A stretch of 64,000 bases of DNA from Macrostomum lignano (lineage: Eukaryota). A program made the position numbers and the translations under genes. Shown here in pieces: positions 35,740 through 47,427 of this stretch. The DNA lies in NCBI GenBank assembly GCA_002269645.1, contig NIVC01002837.1:62001-126000 (forward strand), written 5' to 3'. Position 1 is the first letter of the stretch, and each line of letters opens with the position of its first letter. The notes under the pieces are model-generated. The model was not told the origin of the DNA, did not search any database, and saw nothing but the letters and a program-made list of their open reading frames with translations.

Positions 35740-38052
35740 AAACAGGTGCGATTTGGAGTGAACAGGTGTGATTTGGAGTGAACAGGTGTGATTAGGAGTG
35801 AACAGGTGTGATTTGGAGTGAACAGGTGGGATTGGGAGTGAACAGGTGTGATTGGGAGGAAACAGATGTGATTGAGAGAGAAAATGTGTGATTGAGAGAG
35901 AACAGGTGTGATTAAGAGAGAACAGGTGCGATTGAGAGTGAACAGATGTGATTGGGAGTGAACAAGGTGTGATTAGGAGTGAACAGGTGTGATTGAGAGA
36001 GAACAGGTGTGATTGAGAGTGAACAGGTGTGATTAAGAGAGAACAGGTGTGATTGAGAGAGAACAGGTGCGATTGAGAGAGAACAGGTGTGATTGAGAGA
36101 GAACAGGTGTGATTGGGAGTGAACAGGTGTGATTGAGAGAGAACAGGTGTGATTGAGAGAGAACAGGTGTGATTGAGAGAGAACAGGTGTGATTTGGAGT
36201 GAACAGGTGTGATTGAGAGAGAACAGGTGTGATTTGGAGTGAACAGGTGTGATTGAGAGAGAACAGGTGTGATTGAGAGAGAACATGTGTGATTAGGAGA
36301 GAACAGGTGTGATTGAGAGAGAACAGGTGTGATTTGGAGTGAACAGGTGTGATTGAGAGAGAACAGGTGTGATTGAGAGAGAACATGTGTGATTAGGAGT
36401 GAACAGGTGTGATTGAGAGAGAACATGTGTGATTAGGAGTGAACAGGTGTGATTGAGAGAGAACATGTGTGATTAGGAGTGAACAGGTGTGATTGAGAGA
36501 GAACAGGTGTGATTAGGAACGAACAGGTGTGATTGAGAGAGAACAGGTGTGATTAGGAGTGAACATGTGTGATTAGGAGTGAACAGGTGTGATTAGGAGT
36601 GAACAGGTGTGATTGAGAGAGAACAGGTGTGATTGAGAGAGAACATGTGTGATTAGGAGAGAACAGGTGTGATTAGGAGTGAACAGGTGTGATTAGGAGT
36701 GAACAGGTGTGATTTGGAGTGAACAGGTGTGATTAGGAGTGAACAGGTGTGATTTGGAGTGAACAGGTGTGATTTGGAGTGAACAGGTGTGATTAGGAGT
36801 GAACAGGTGTGATTAGGAGTGAACAGGTGTGATTTGGAGTGAACAGGTGTGATTAGGAGAGAACAGATGTGATTGAGAGAGAACAAGTGTGATTGAGAGA
36901 GAACAGGTGTGATTGAGAGAGAACAGGTGTGATTTGGAGTGAACAGGTGTGATTGAGAGTGAACAGGTGTGATTGAGAGAGAACAGGTGTGATTTGGAGA
37001 GAACAGGTGTGATTGAGAGAGAACAGGTGTGATTGAGAGTGAACATGTGTGATTTTGAGAGAACATGTGTGATTGAGAGAGAACATGTGTGATTGAGAGA
37101 GAACAGGTGTGATTGAGAGAGAACATGTGTGATTTTGAGAGAACAGGTGTGATTGAGAGAGAACAGGTGTGATTAGGAGTGAACAGATGTGATTGGGAGT
37201 GAACAAGGTGTGATTAGGAGTGAACAGGTGTGATTGGGAGTGAACAAGGTGTGGTAGGGAGTAAACAGGTGTGATTGGGAGTGAACAGGTGTGATTAGGA
37301 GTGAACAGGTGTGATTAGGAGTGAACAGATGTGATTAGGAGTGAACAGGTGTGATTGGGAGTGAACAGGTGTGATTAAGAGAGAACAGGTGTGATTAGGA
37401 GTGAACAGATGTGATTGGGAGTGAACAAGGTGTGATTAGGAGTGAACAGGTGTGATTGGGAGTGAACAAGGTGTGGTAGGGAGTAAACAGGTGTGATTGG
37501 GAGTGAACAGGTGTGATTAGGAGTGAACAGGTGTGATTAGGAGTGAACAGATGTGATTAGGAGTGAACAGGTGTGATGGGAGTGAACAGGTGTGATTGGG
37601 AGTGAACAGTTGTGATTGAGAGTGAACAGGTGTGATTGGGAGTGAACAGGTGTGATTGAGAGAGAACAGGTGTGATTGAGAGAGAACAGGTGTGATTGAG
37701 AGTGAACATGTGTGATTGAGAGAGAACAGGTGTGATTGAGAGTGAACAGGTGTGATTAGGAGTGAACAGGTGTGATTAGGAGTGAACATGTGTGATTGAG
37801 AGAGAACAGGTGTGATTGAGAGAGAACAGGTGTGATTGGGAGTGAACAGGTGTGATTGAGAGAGAACAGGTGTGATTGAGAGTGAACAGGTGTGATTAGG
37901 AGTGAACAGATGTGATTAGGAGTGAACAGATGTGATTGGGAGTGAACAAGGTGTGATTAGGAGTGAACAGGTGTGATTGGGAGTGAACAGGTGTGATTTG
38001 GAGTGAACAGGTGTGATTGAGAGTGAACAAGGTGTGGTAGGGAGTGAACAGG
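35740..38052. repeat. 20-bp minisatellite GAACAGGTGTGATTGAGAGA, ~115 units
   Basis: Period 20. Confidence 0.97.
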
Positions 38053-38093
38053 TGCTACAGGTAGTCCAAAATACAGTATCTGTTTCAAAGCAG

Positions 38094-38301
38094 AATCTGC
38101 AAAAATCCGAATCCCAATCCCAGAGTGGCAAATTTCTCCTTGGGCCTCGGGCCGAACTCGCTGACCTTCCTGACGGAGCCGGGCCGCCAGGGGCCGCCAA
38201 GGCGAATTCAGCTGCACATTCGAAGACTGGAGCGGCCCCAGTTGAAGTCCGTGAAGTCGCACGGCCAAGCGGCCGAACTTCGAGTCTGCCAGCTGGTTCA
38301 G
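38094..38301 (+). CDS. CPED1: CPED1-like exon
   Basis: NAGNAG acceptor (38091 or 38094), GTGAGT donor; VANFSLGLGPNSLTF...IQLHIRRLERP...CQLVQ resembles CPED1 YPLGLGMNKISIF...LTIYREDRP...CGFVQ; phase 2 to 0. Confidence 0.8.
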
Positions 38302-38305
38302 GTGA

Positions 38306-38995
38306 GTTTCGGAGTTTTTTGGGGAGTTTCGGAGTTTTTGGGGGAGTTTTGGAGTTTTTGGGGGAGTTTCGGAGTTTTTTTGGGGGGGGGGTTTCGGAGT
38401 TTTTGGGGGAGTTTCGGAGCTTTTGGGGGAGTTTCGGAGTTTTTGGGGGAGTTTCGGAGTTTTTTGGGGGGGGGGGTTTCGGAGTTTTTGGGGGAGTTTC
38501 GGAGTTCTTCGGGGGAGTTTCGGAGTTTTTTGGGGAGTTTCGGAGTTTTTGGGGGAGTTTCGGAGTTCTTCGGGGGAGTTTCGGAGTTTTTTGGGGAGTT
38601 TCGGAGTTTTTGGGGGAGTTTCGGAGTTTTTGGGGGAGTTTCGGAGTTTTTTGGGGGAGTTTCGGAGTTTTTGGGGGAGTTTCGGAGTTTTTGGGGGAGT
38701 TTCGGAGTTTTTTGGGGAGTTTCGGAGTTTTTGGGGGAGTTTCGGAGTTTTAGGGGAGTTTTGGAGTTTTTTGGGGAGTTTCGGAGTTTTGGGGGAGTTT
38801 AGGAGTTTTTTTGGGGAGTTTCGGAGTTTTGGGGGAGTTTAGGAGTTTTTTTGGGGAGTTTCGGAGTTTTTTGGAGAGTTTCGGAGTTTTGGGGGAGTTT
38901 AGGAGTTTTTTTGGGGAGTTTCGGAGTTTTTTGGAGAGTTTCGGAGTTTTTTGGGGAGTTTCGGAGTTTTTTGGGGAGTTTCGGAGTTTTTTGAA
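38306..38995. repeat. ~20-bp minisatellite GGGGAGTTTCGGAGTTTTTT
   Basis: Period ~20 with variable G and T runs. Confidence 0.95.
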
Positions 38996-39728
38996 AAATC
39001 AAGCGGAAACAGTGTTGGAAAACTTTTCTTATTTAAAAACGTCAATAGGAGAATCCTTCAACAGGGTAAGTTTACTTTAAGAAAAACATTGAGATTCTGT
39101 TTGACTTGAAACTGCATGGCATTGTGAACGTCAGCCTGTTTAATGGGAGATTTATCCCAGCTGGTCTCGGGATTCAGGTTAGAAAATCCCCACTTCACAG
39201 CGAGAAGCACCTCGGGTTCCAGGCCTCGCTTCAACCCTGCATGCACAGGCGGGTCTCCCATTAAAATGCCCGGGAATGATGGAGCTAGCTGGGCTGGGGT
39301 GGGGCAGAGAACACGCTCGATGAAGGATGAGGGGATAAAGAATGGCCCAGCATCGCATGCTAATCAGTGCGCTATCGCTCGATTGTTAGAAGAAGAATTG
39401 AGAGCTCAAGTCGCAAATTAGCCGGGATCGCGTCTTGGTGGAGCTCAGAGCCCTCCTCACCCTCCCCTGCCTTGGATTCCCTTTTGTCATTCAAGTACGA
39501 TATGGAATGCAGAGCTGCTGAGGGGTGCGCTTGAGAAGATGGATGGAGAAGAAACCTGATACCCATCCAGCCTCAACTAAGGAGCCTTGTTAGCTGTCAG
39601 GCCGATGAGGCTCTTCCGGGCGCTCCGCTGACTCTGGACTCTCTTCTCTTCGCTTCTTTCTTCTTTTGTTGCACAATGAAAAATGGCCTCTCAGTCTGTC
39701 AAAGTGGATCCGCCTCGACCGCTTCAAG

Positions 39729-39876
39729 GACTGCGACTTCGTACACACCGGCGGCGAGTCGTGCGGACTGGCGCCGGTTCCCGCTGACGCAGCCGGCGCC
39801 AACTTGACCTGGGCGACGTGGCTGCGCGCGCGTCGGGACCGACTGCCTCAGTGCGGGCTGGGCGACTTGGCTGAAG
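39729..39876 (+). CDS. CPED1: CPED1-like exon
   Basis: TTCAAG acceptor, GTGAGG donor; DCDFVHTGGESCGLAPV resembles DCGLLIHPEETCGLQPI; phase 0 to 1. Confidence 0.8.
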
Positions 39877-39889
39877 GTGAGGCTCTTTT

Positions 39890-40505
39890 TGTGCTTGTTA
39901 GTTTTTGTTTTCTTGGTCTTTGTTTGCGTGGTCTTTGTTTGTATGGTCTTCGTCTGCTTGGTCTTTGTCTGCTTGGTCCTTGTTTGCGTAGTGTTTGTCT
40001 GCTTGGTCTTTGTTTGCTTGGTCTTTGTTTGCTTGGTCTTTGTTTGCTTGGTCTTTGTTTGCTTGGTCTTTGTCTGCTTGGTTTATGTTTGCTTGGTGCT
40101 TGGTTGCTTGGTCTTTGTTTGCTTGGCCTTTGTCTGCTTGGTCTATGTTTGCTTGGTGCTTGGTTGCTTGGTCTTTGTTTGCTTGTTGTTTGCTTGCTTG
40201 GCCTTTGTTTGCTTGGTGCTTGGTTGCTTGGTCTTTGTTTGCTTGTTGTTTGCTTGCTTGGTCTTTGTTTGCTTGGCCTTTGTCTGCTTGGTGCTTGGTT
40301 GCTTGGCCTTTGTTTGCATGGCCTTTGTCTGCTTGGTCTTTGTTTGCTTGGCCTTTGTCTGCTTGGTCTTTGTTTGCTTGATCTCTGTCTGCTTGGTCTT
40401 TGTTTGCTTGATCTCTGTCTGCTTGGTCTTTGTTTGCTTGATCTCTGTCTGCTTGGTCTTTGGGCCTTCATTTGCTTGGTCTTTGTCTGCACGGTCTTTG
40501 GTTGC
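39890..40505. repeat. 15-bp minisatellite GCTTGGTCTTTGTTT
   Basis: Period 15. Confidence 0.95.
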
Positions 40506-41056
40506 TGGGTCTGTTCGGTCTAAATTAAAGCATGGCCTATTTTTAGTTTTAAAACAGAAGACAAAAAAGTCAAGCCAGGGAAAATGGAGAATCCGCTTTT
40601 ATATAAAAAATAAAAAGCCCCAAAAGCATTCCACAATAAGGCTGCAGATGATGCATATAAAAAAGCAATTGTTCGTCCCCACGTGCTGGCTTGCCCGCGG
40701 GTTTGCCCCGAATGCAAAATATTGCTGGGCAGGAAATCGCCTATTTCTGGGCAGTGGGCCGCTGATGGAGCGATTTGGAATGAGTCCCGCCAGCTGAGCT
40801 GGTGGTTCATTTTCTATGAGCTCTGCACTGTTAGCGCGGGAGTGGAGCTCAAGAGTGAGAAGTGAGCGGTGCGGGAGAAGCGGGGGAGGCGATTAGAGAT
40901 GCTGAGATACCGCTGGCTGAGTCCGCTGGGCCTCTCGATTCCAGGCGGACGAATCTGGCCTGTTTTTTGGCGCTGAGAGCTGCGACTGCGGACTCAAAGC
41001 CGGATGACACTTCAGAATGCTGGGCTCTGAGTGCTGAGACTGGGGACTTCCTGCAT

Positions 41057-41357
<301 letters not shown>

Positions 41358-41398
41358 AGCAAGGTGACTCTCACCCCCGCCCCACTTTCGCCACTCAG

Positions 41399-41538
41399 GT
41401 GCCAGGTGGTTCATTCCCTGCGGCAGCTGTGGCGCCCCGGAGTTGTGCGCTTGGCGCCTCGCGCGCTGGTGGCACCCGGGCTGCCTGGCCGAGTTCCCGG
41501 CCACCGACTGGATGCGGAAGCGACTCGATGGAGTTCGG
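41399..41538 (+). CDS. CPED1: CPED1-like exon
   Basis: CACTCAG acceptor, GTCAGT donor; [29 protein letters not shown] resembles GQWIVPCLSC...CDW...WQP..C; phase 1 to 0. Confidence 0.85.
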
Positions 41539-41678
41539 GTCAGTTCGAGTCCGAGCGCGCGATTTACCTGGCTATGAAACTGTCAGGGAGCTTGTCATTG
41601 GAGAACAGGGCTTAGAGTCAGATGTTTTGGGTCAGCTGCTAAAGGATTAGGGGTCAGGAAGTCCGGGTTCATTACAGG

Positions 41679-43230
41679 AGTGTCAGTATGTCAGGAGTGT
41701 CAGTATGTCAGGAGTGTCAGTATGTCAGGAGTGTCAGTATGTCAGGAGTGTCAGTATGTCACGAGTGTCAGTATGTCAGTAGTGTCAGTATGTCAGGAGT
41801 GTCAGTATGTCAGTAGTGTCAGTATGTCAGGAGTGTCAGTATGTCAGGAGTGTCAGTATGTCAGGAGTGTCAGTATGTCAGTAGTGTCAGTATGTCAGGA
41901 GTGTCAGTATGTCAGGAGTGTCAGTATGTCAGGAGTGTCAGTATGTCAGTAGTGTCAGTATGTCAGTAGTGTCAGTATGTCAGTAGTGTCAGTATGTCAG
42001 GAGTGTCAGTATGTCAGGAGTGTCAGTATGTCAGGAGTGTCAGTATGTCAGGAGTGTCAGTATGTCAGGAGTGTCAGTATGTCAGTAGTGTCAGTATGTC
42101 AGGAGTGTCAGTATGTCAGGAGTGTCAGTATGTCAGTAGTGTCAGTATGTCAGGAGTGTCAGTATGTCAGGAGTGTCAGTATGTCACGAGTGTCAGTATG
42201 TCAGTAGTGTCAGTATGTCAGGAGTGTCAGTATGTCAGGAGTGTCAGTATGTCAGGAGTGTCAGTATGTCAGGAGTGTCAGTATGTCAGTAGTGTCAGTA
42301 TGTCAGTAGTGTCAGTATGTCAGGAGTGTCAGTATGTCAGGAGTGTCAGTATGTCAGGAGTGTCAGTATGTCAGTAGTGTCAGTATGTCAGTAGTGTCAG
42401 TGTGTCAGGAGTGTCAGTATGTCAGGAGTGTCAGTATGTCAGGAGTGTCAGTATGTCAGGAGTGTCAGTATGTCAGGAGTGTCAGTATGTCAGGAGTGTC
42501 AGTATGTCAGGAGTGTCAGTATGTCAGGAATGTCAGTATGTAAGTAGTGTCAGTATGTCAGTAGTGTCAGTATGTCAGGAGTGTCAGTATGTCAGGAGTG
42601 TCAGTATGTCAGGAGTGTCAGTATGTCAGGAGTGTCAGTATGTCAGGAGTGTCAGTATGTCAGGAGTGTCAGTATGTCAGGAGTGTCAGTATGTCAGGAG
42701 TGTCAGTATGTCAGGAGTGTCAGTATGTCAGGAGTGTCAGTATGTCAGGAGTGTCAGTATGTCAGGAGTGTCAGTATGTCAGGAGTGTCAGTATGTCAGG
42801 AGTGTCAGTATGTCAGGAGTGTCAGTATGTCAGGAGTGTCAGTATGTCAGGAGTGTCAGTATGTCAGGAGTGTCAGTATGTCAGGAGTGTCAGTATGTCA
42901 GGAGTGTCAGTATGTCAGGAGTGTCAGTATGTCAGGAGTGTCAGTATGTCAGGAGTGTCAGTATGTCAGGAGTGTCAGTATGTCAGGAGTGTCAGTATGT
43001 CAGGAGTGTCAGTATGTCAGGAGTGTCAGTATGTCAGGAGTGTCAGTATGTCAGGAGTGTCAGTATGTCAGTAGTGTCAGTATGTCAGGAGTGTCAGTAT
43101 GTCAGGAGTGTCAGTATGTCAGGAGTGTCAGTATGTCAGGAGTGTCAGTATGTCAGGAGTGTCAGTATGTCAGGAGTGTCAGTATGTAAGTAGTGTCAGT
43201 ATGTCAGTAGTGTCAGTATGTCAGTAGTGT
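41679..43230. repeat. 17-bp minisatellite GTCAGTATGTCAGGAGT, ~90 units
   Basis: Period 17. Confidence 0.97.
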
Positions 43231-43492
43231 CCCCAAGATTTGACCTTAAAGACATCAAAGATCGAATTCAGTTGAGTTATGAAGTTTGAGCTGCTCTGTC
43301 AGAGTACAGAATCAATGTAAGCAACTCTCGGCACGGTGGTTTTGCAGAAGCTGCAAGATCGTAAACTACAAAAAATGCCGAGTTTATTGCTCAGGGATTC
43401 CCCTGGTCCACTGGCGAACCCAATAAATTTTCTTCATGGAATTCTCCCAGCTAATGGGATCTGGAAAGCATATTTTCCTTTCCCAATGTCAG

Positions 43493-43710
43493 GTCGTCTT
43501 CCTCGGAGACTCAACTTTGCGCGGTCTGATGTTCTCGCTGTTCCACATCGCCAACGGCAGTTTGAACCGCTGGGAGAAATCCCACGACACCCTGACGCTG
43601 ATGGACAGGGATGGCCGCAGTCGAATGGACTTCTCGTATTATCCCCAGTTTTGGTTGCCAGGCAGTAGGGCGACCGGCTTTCGCGAAACTCTGAGACGGA
43701 TTCTGCTCAT
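43493..43710 (+). CDS. CPED1: CPED1-like exon (PC-esterase GDS motif)
   Basis: VVFLGDSTLRGLMF...FSYYPQFW; acceptor after a polypyrimidine tract, GTGAGC donor; phase 0 to 2. Confidence 0.9.
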
Positions 43711-43781
43711 GTGAGCTGTGCTCAGTCACTGCCTGTTGTTTGGGGGGTTTTGATGCAGTTCGGGCGTGGGATGTTTGATGG

Positions 43782-44222
43782 TAATTCGGGTGTGGGATAA
43801 TTTGGGTGTGGGATAATTCGGGTGTGGGATAATTCGGGTGTGGGATAATTCGGTGTGGGATAATTCGGGTGTGGGATAATTCGGGTGTGGGATAATTCGG
43901 GTGTGGGATAATTCGGTGTGGGATAATTCGGGTGTGGGATAATTCGGGTGTGGGATAATTCGGTGTGGGATAATTCGGGTGTGGGATAATTCGGGTGTGG
44001 GATAATTCGGTGTGGGATAATTCGGGTGTGGGATAATTCGGGTGTGGGATAATTCGGGTGTGGGATAATTCGGGTGTGGGATAATTCGGGTGTGGGATAA
44101 TTCGGGTGTGGGATAATTCGGGTGTGGGATAATTCGGGTGTGGGATAATTCGGGTGTGGGATAATTCGGGTGTGGGATAATTCGGTGTGGGATAACTCGG
44201 GTGTGGGATAATCCAGGTGTCG
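43782..44222. repeat. 16-bp minisatellite ATAATTCGGGTGTGGG
   Basis: Period 16 (15 in some units). Confidence 0.95.
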
Positions 44223-44311
44223 GGAAAATTTCCGTAGTTTAAATTTCGTGTTTCAGAAACCGTGTCTTTGATGGACACATCAATTGTTAATGTGAATTTG
44301 TCCCCATTCAG

Positions 44312-44431
44312 TTCCCAGAACGGAACGCAGGTCGAGCCGGCAGCCGCCTTCAACAGAACCGTCATTGTCATCGGAGGCGCCCAGTGGCTGACAGGCGCTG
44401 AGCTGCTGCAGACTCGGGAGTTGCTGGGCAG
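44312..44431 (+). CDS. CPED1: CPED1-like exon
   Basis: TVIVIGGAQWL resembles TVLVVGGVQWL; GTGAGG donor; phase 2 to 2. Confidence 0.85.
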
Positions 44432-44547
44432 GTGAGGCCTGGCTGACAACTGCCAGTCAGTCAGTTGAAATCTGCGAAATATTCTATACATCTGGCTGTC
44501 AATTGTGAAAAGTATTTAGAATAAGACAGTTGCAAAAATTGCGATTC

Positions 44548-45433
44548 CTCTCCTCTCTCTCCTTCTCCCCTCTCTCCTTCTCCCCTTTCTCCTTCTCCCC
44601 TCTCTCCTCCCCTCTCTCCTTCTCCCCTCTCTCCTCCCCTCTCTCCTTCTCCTCTCTCTCCTTCTCCCCTCTCTCCTTCTCCCCTCTCTCCTTCTCCCCT
44701 TTCTCCTTCTCCCCTCTCTACTTCTCCTCTCTCTCCTTCTCCCCTCTCTCCTTCTCCCCTTTCTCCTTCTCCTCTCTCTCCTTCTCCCCTCTCTCCTCAC
44801 TTCTCTCCTTCTCCCCTCTCTCCTTCTCCCCTCTCTCCTTCTCCTCTCTCTCCTTCTCCCCTCTCTCCTTCTCCCCTCTCTCCTTCTCCCCTCTCTCCTC
44901 CCCTCTCTCCTTCTCCTCTCTCTCCTTCTCCCCTCTCTCCTTCTCCTCTCTCTCCTTCTCCCCTCTCTCCTTCTCCCCTCTATCCCCCTCTCTCTTTCTC
45001 CCATCTCTCCTTCTCCCCTCTCTTTTTCTCCCATCTCTCCTTCTCCCCTCTCTCCTTCTCCCCTCTCTCCTTCTCCCCTTTCTCCTTCTCCCCTTTCTCC
45101 TTCTCCTCTCTCTCCTTCTCCCCTCTCTCCTTCTCCCCTTTCTCCTTCTCCCCTCTCTCCTTCTCCTCTCTCTCCTTCTCCCCTCTCTCCTTCTCCCCTC
45201 TCTCCTTCTCCCCTCTCTCCTTCTCCTCTCTCTCCTTCTTCCCTCTCTCCTTCTCCCCTTTCTCCTTCTCACTTCTCTCCTTCTCACTTCTCTCCTTCTC
45301 CCCTCTCTCCTTCTCCCCTCTCTCCTTCTCCCCTCTCTCCTTCTCCCCTCTATCCCCCTCTCTCTTTCTCCCATCTCTCCTCCCCCCTCACTCATTCCCC
45401 CCTTTCCCCTTTCTCCTTCGCCTCTCTCCTCCC
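44548..45433. repeat. Homopyrimidine 15-bp repeat CTCTCTCCTTCTCCC
   Basis: ~885 bp that is almost purely C/T on the + strand. Confidence 0.95.
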
Positions 45434-46069
45434 TTCATGCAGTAGACAGTTAAAGCTTGGCAATGCTCTTATTTCAACAAACTGGATAAATTTGCACTAT
45501 AAACCAAGGACACATGGTTTGCATATTGAAGGACATGTGCAATCGTTTTTGACTGTGTTGCATGCTTAATATATATTTCCTTTAGCACACAAATATCCCA
45601 ACCTCAATCAATAGCCGTCTATCCCAATCCTATAGTAGCAATCAGCGAGACATCCCTTACTACTGCGCTTCCCTTCCTAAACCCAAATGGTCATTGATTT
45701 TTTAGCTGCATCCCTCAAAATGGATGCACGCATGAGGACAGGATTTATAGCGGGGACAGGGGGTGGTCACTGACTCAAGCGGAATATGGTTCCAATTAGC
45801 AGCAGTGTTTGATCGAATGAGAGAGCCATTAGCATTGCGGATGTCCTAATGTGTGCAACAGGACTGAATGCAAATTAATCATTGATTGTGGGTTTAACAG
45901 CCAACTCTGTCCACTGACCCCATCTGAGCACTGTATGCTGACTGTCCACTGACCCCATCTGAGGGTTTTCAGCTCGTAAACCTGTAAACAGACTTTTTAA
46001 CAGTTAAAGGCAGACCCTAATATGTTCAAAACACACATAGGCAGGTGAAGACACACTACGAGACAGGCC

Positions 46070-47005
46070 ATGGACACAGAAAGAGACAGACAATAGACAC
46101 AATAAGAGAGATCATCGACACACTAAGAGACATGCCATAGACACAATAAGAGACAGGCCATAGACACAATAAGAGACAGGCCATAGACACACTAACAGAC
46201 AGGCCATAGACACCATAACAGACAGGCCATAGACACCATAACAGACAGGCCATAGACACCATAACAGACAGGCCATAGACACAATAACAGACAGGCCATA
46301 GACACCATAACAGACAGGCCATAGACACAATAACAGACAGGCCATAGACACCATAACAGACAGGCCATAGACACCATAACAGACAGGCCATAGACACAAT
46401 AAGAGACAGGCCATAGACAAACTAAGAGACAGGCCATAGACACACTAACAGACAGGCCATAGACACCATAACAGACAGGCCATAGACACAATAACAGACA
46501 GGCCATAGACACAATAACAGACAGGCCATAGACACAATAACAGACAGGCCATAGACACCATAACAGACAGGCCATAGACACCATAACAGACAGGCCATAG
46601 ACACCATAACAGACAGGCCATAGACACCATAACAGACAGGCCATAGACACAATAAGAGACAGGCCATAGACACAATAAGAGACAGGCCATAGAAACAATA
46701 ACAGACAGGCCATAGACACACTAACAGACAGGCCATAGACACAATAACAGACAGGCCATAGACACAATAACAGACAGGCCATAGACAAAATAACAGACAG
46801 GCCATAGACACAATAACAGACAGGCCATAGACACACTAACAGACAGGCCATAGACGCACTAACAGACAGACCATAGACGCACTAACAGACAGACCATAGA
46901 CACAATAAGAGACAGGCCATAGACACAATAAGAGACAGACCATAGACACACTAACAGACAGGCCATAGACACAATAAGAGACAGGCCATAGACAACCTGA
47001 GACAG
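46070..47005. repeat. 23-bp minisatellite TAACAGACAGGCCATAGACACAA
   Basis: Period 23. Confidence 0.95.
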
Positions 47006-47058
47006 GCAACGATCAGCGCTTAAACATCAAGGCAGTCCCTCACCCCCAACCTCGGCAG

Positions 47059-47407
47059 CCTCGGCCTTCAGGTGCCCGTCATCGTGAAGGACCTGAGCCC
47101 CGGATTTCACATTCGAGTACCCGGAGTGACCTACAAGCCACTGACAGTTGACACAGCCCGGGAGCTGTCCAACAGGAACAGCCAGCTGCACAGCATATCA
47201 GCCAGCCTGGGCTTCTCCATGCTGCCCACATTCCGCCTGTCCGCCGCCCGCTATCGCGAGTTTCATCCCGGCAAGTGCGCCTGCCATTTTCACACCGTGA
47301 CACCCCGGCAGAGGCGGCCAGGCCGCGACAGAGGCTTTGAAGTTGACGGCGACATTCACAGGACTTGCTTGGGCCTCTTGACTGCACTGTTGGACTCCGT
47401 GTTGTAG
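47059..47407 (+). CDS. CPED1: CPED1-like terminal exon
   Basis: VIVKDLSPGFHIRVPGV...RYREFHPGKCACHFH...FEVDGDIHRTC; TAG at 47405-47407; phase-2 acceptor CGGCAG. Confidence 0.9.
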
Positions 47408-47427
47408 GGATGAGAAGTTGAGACTGG

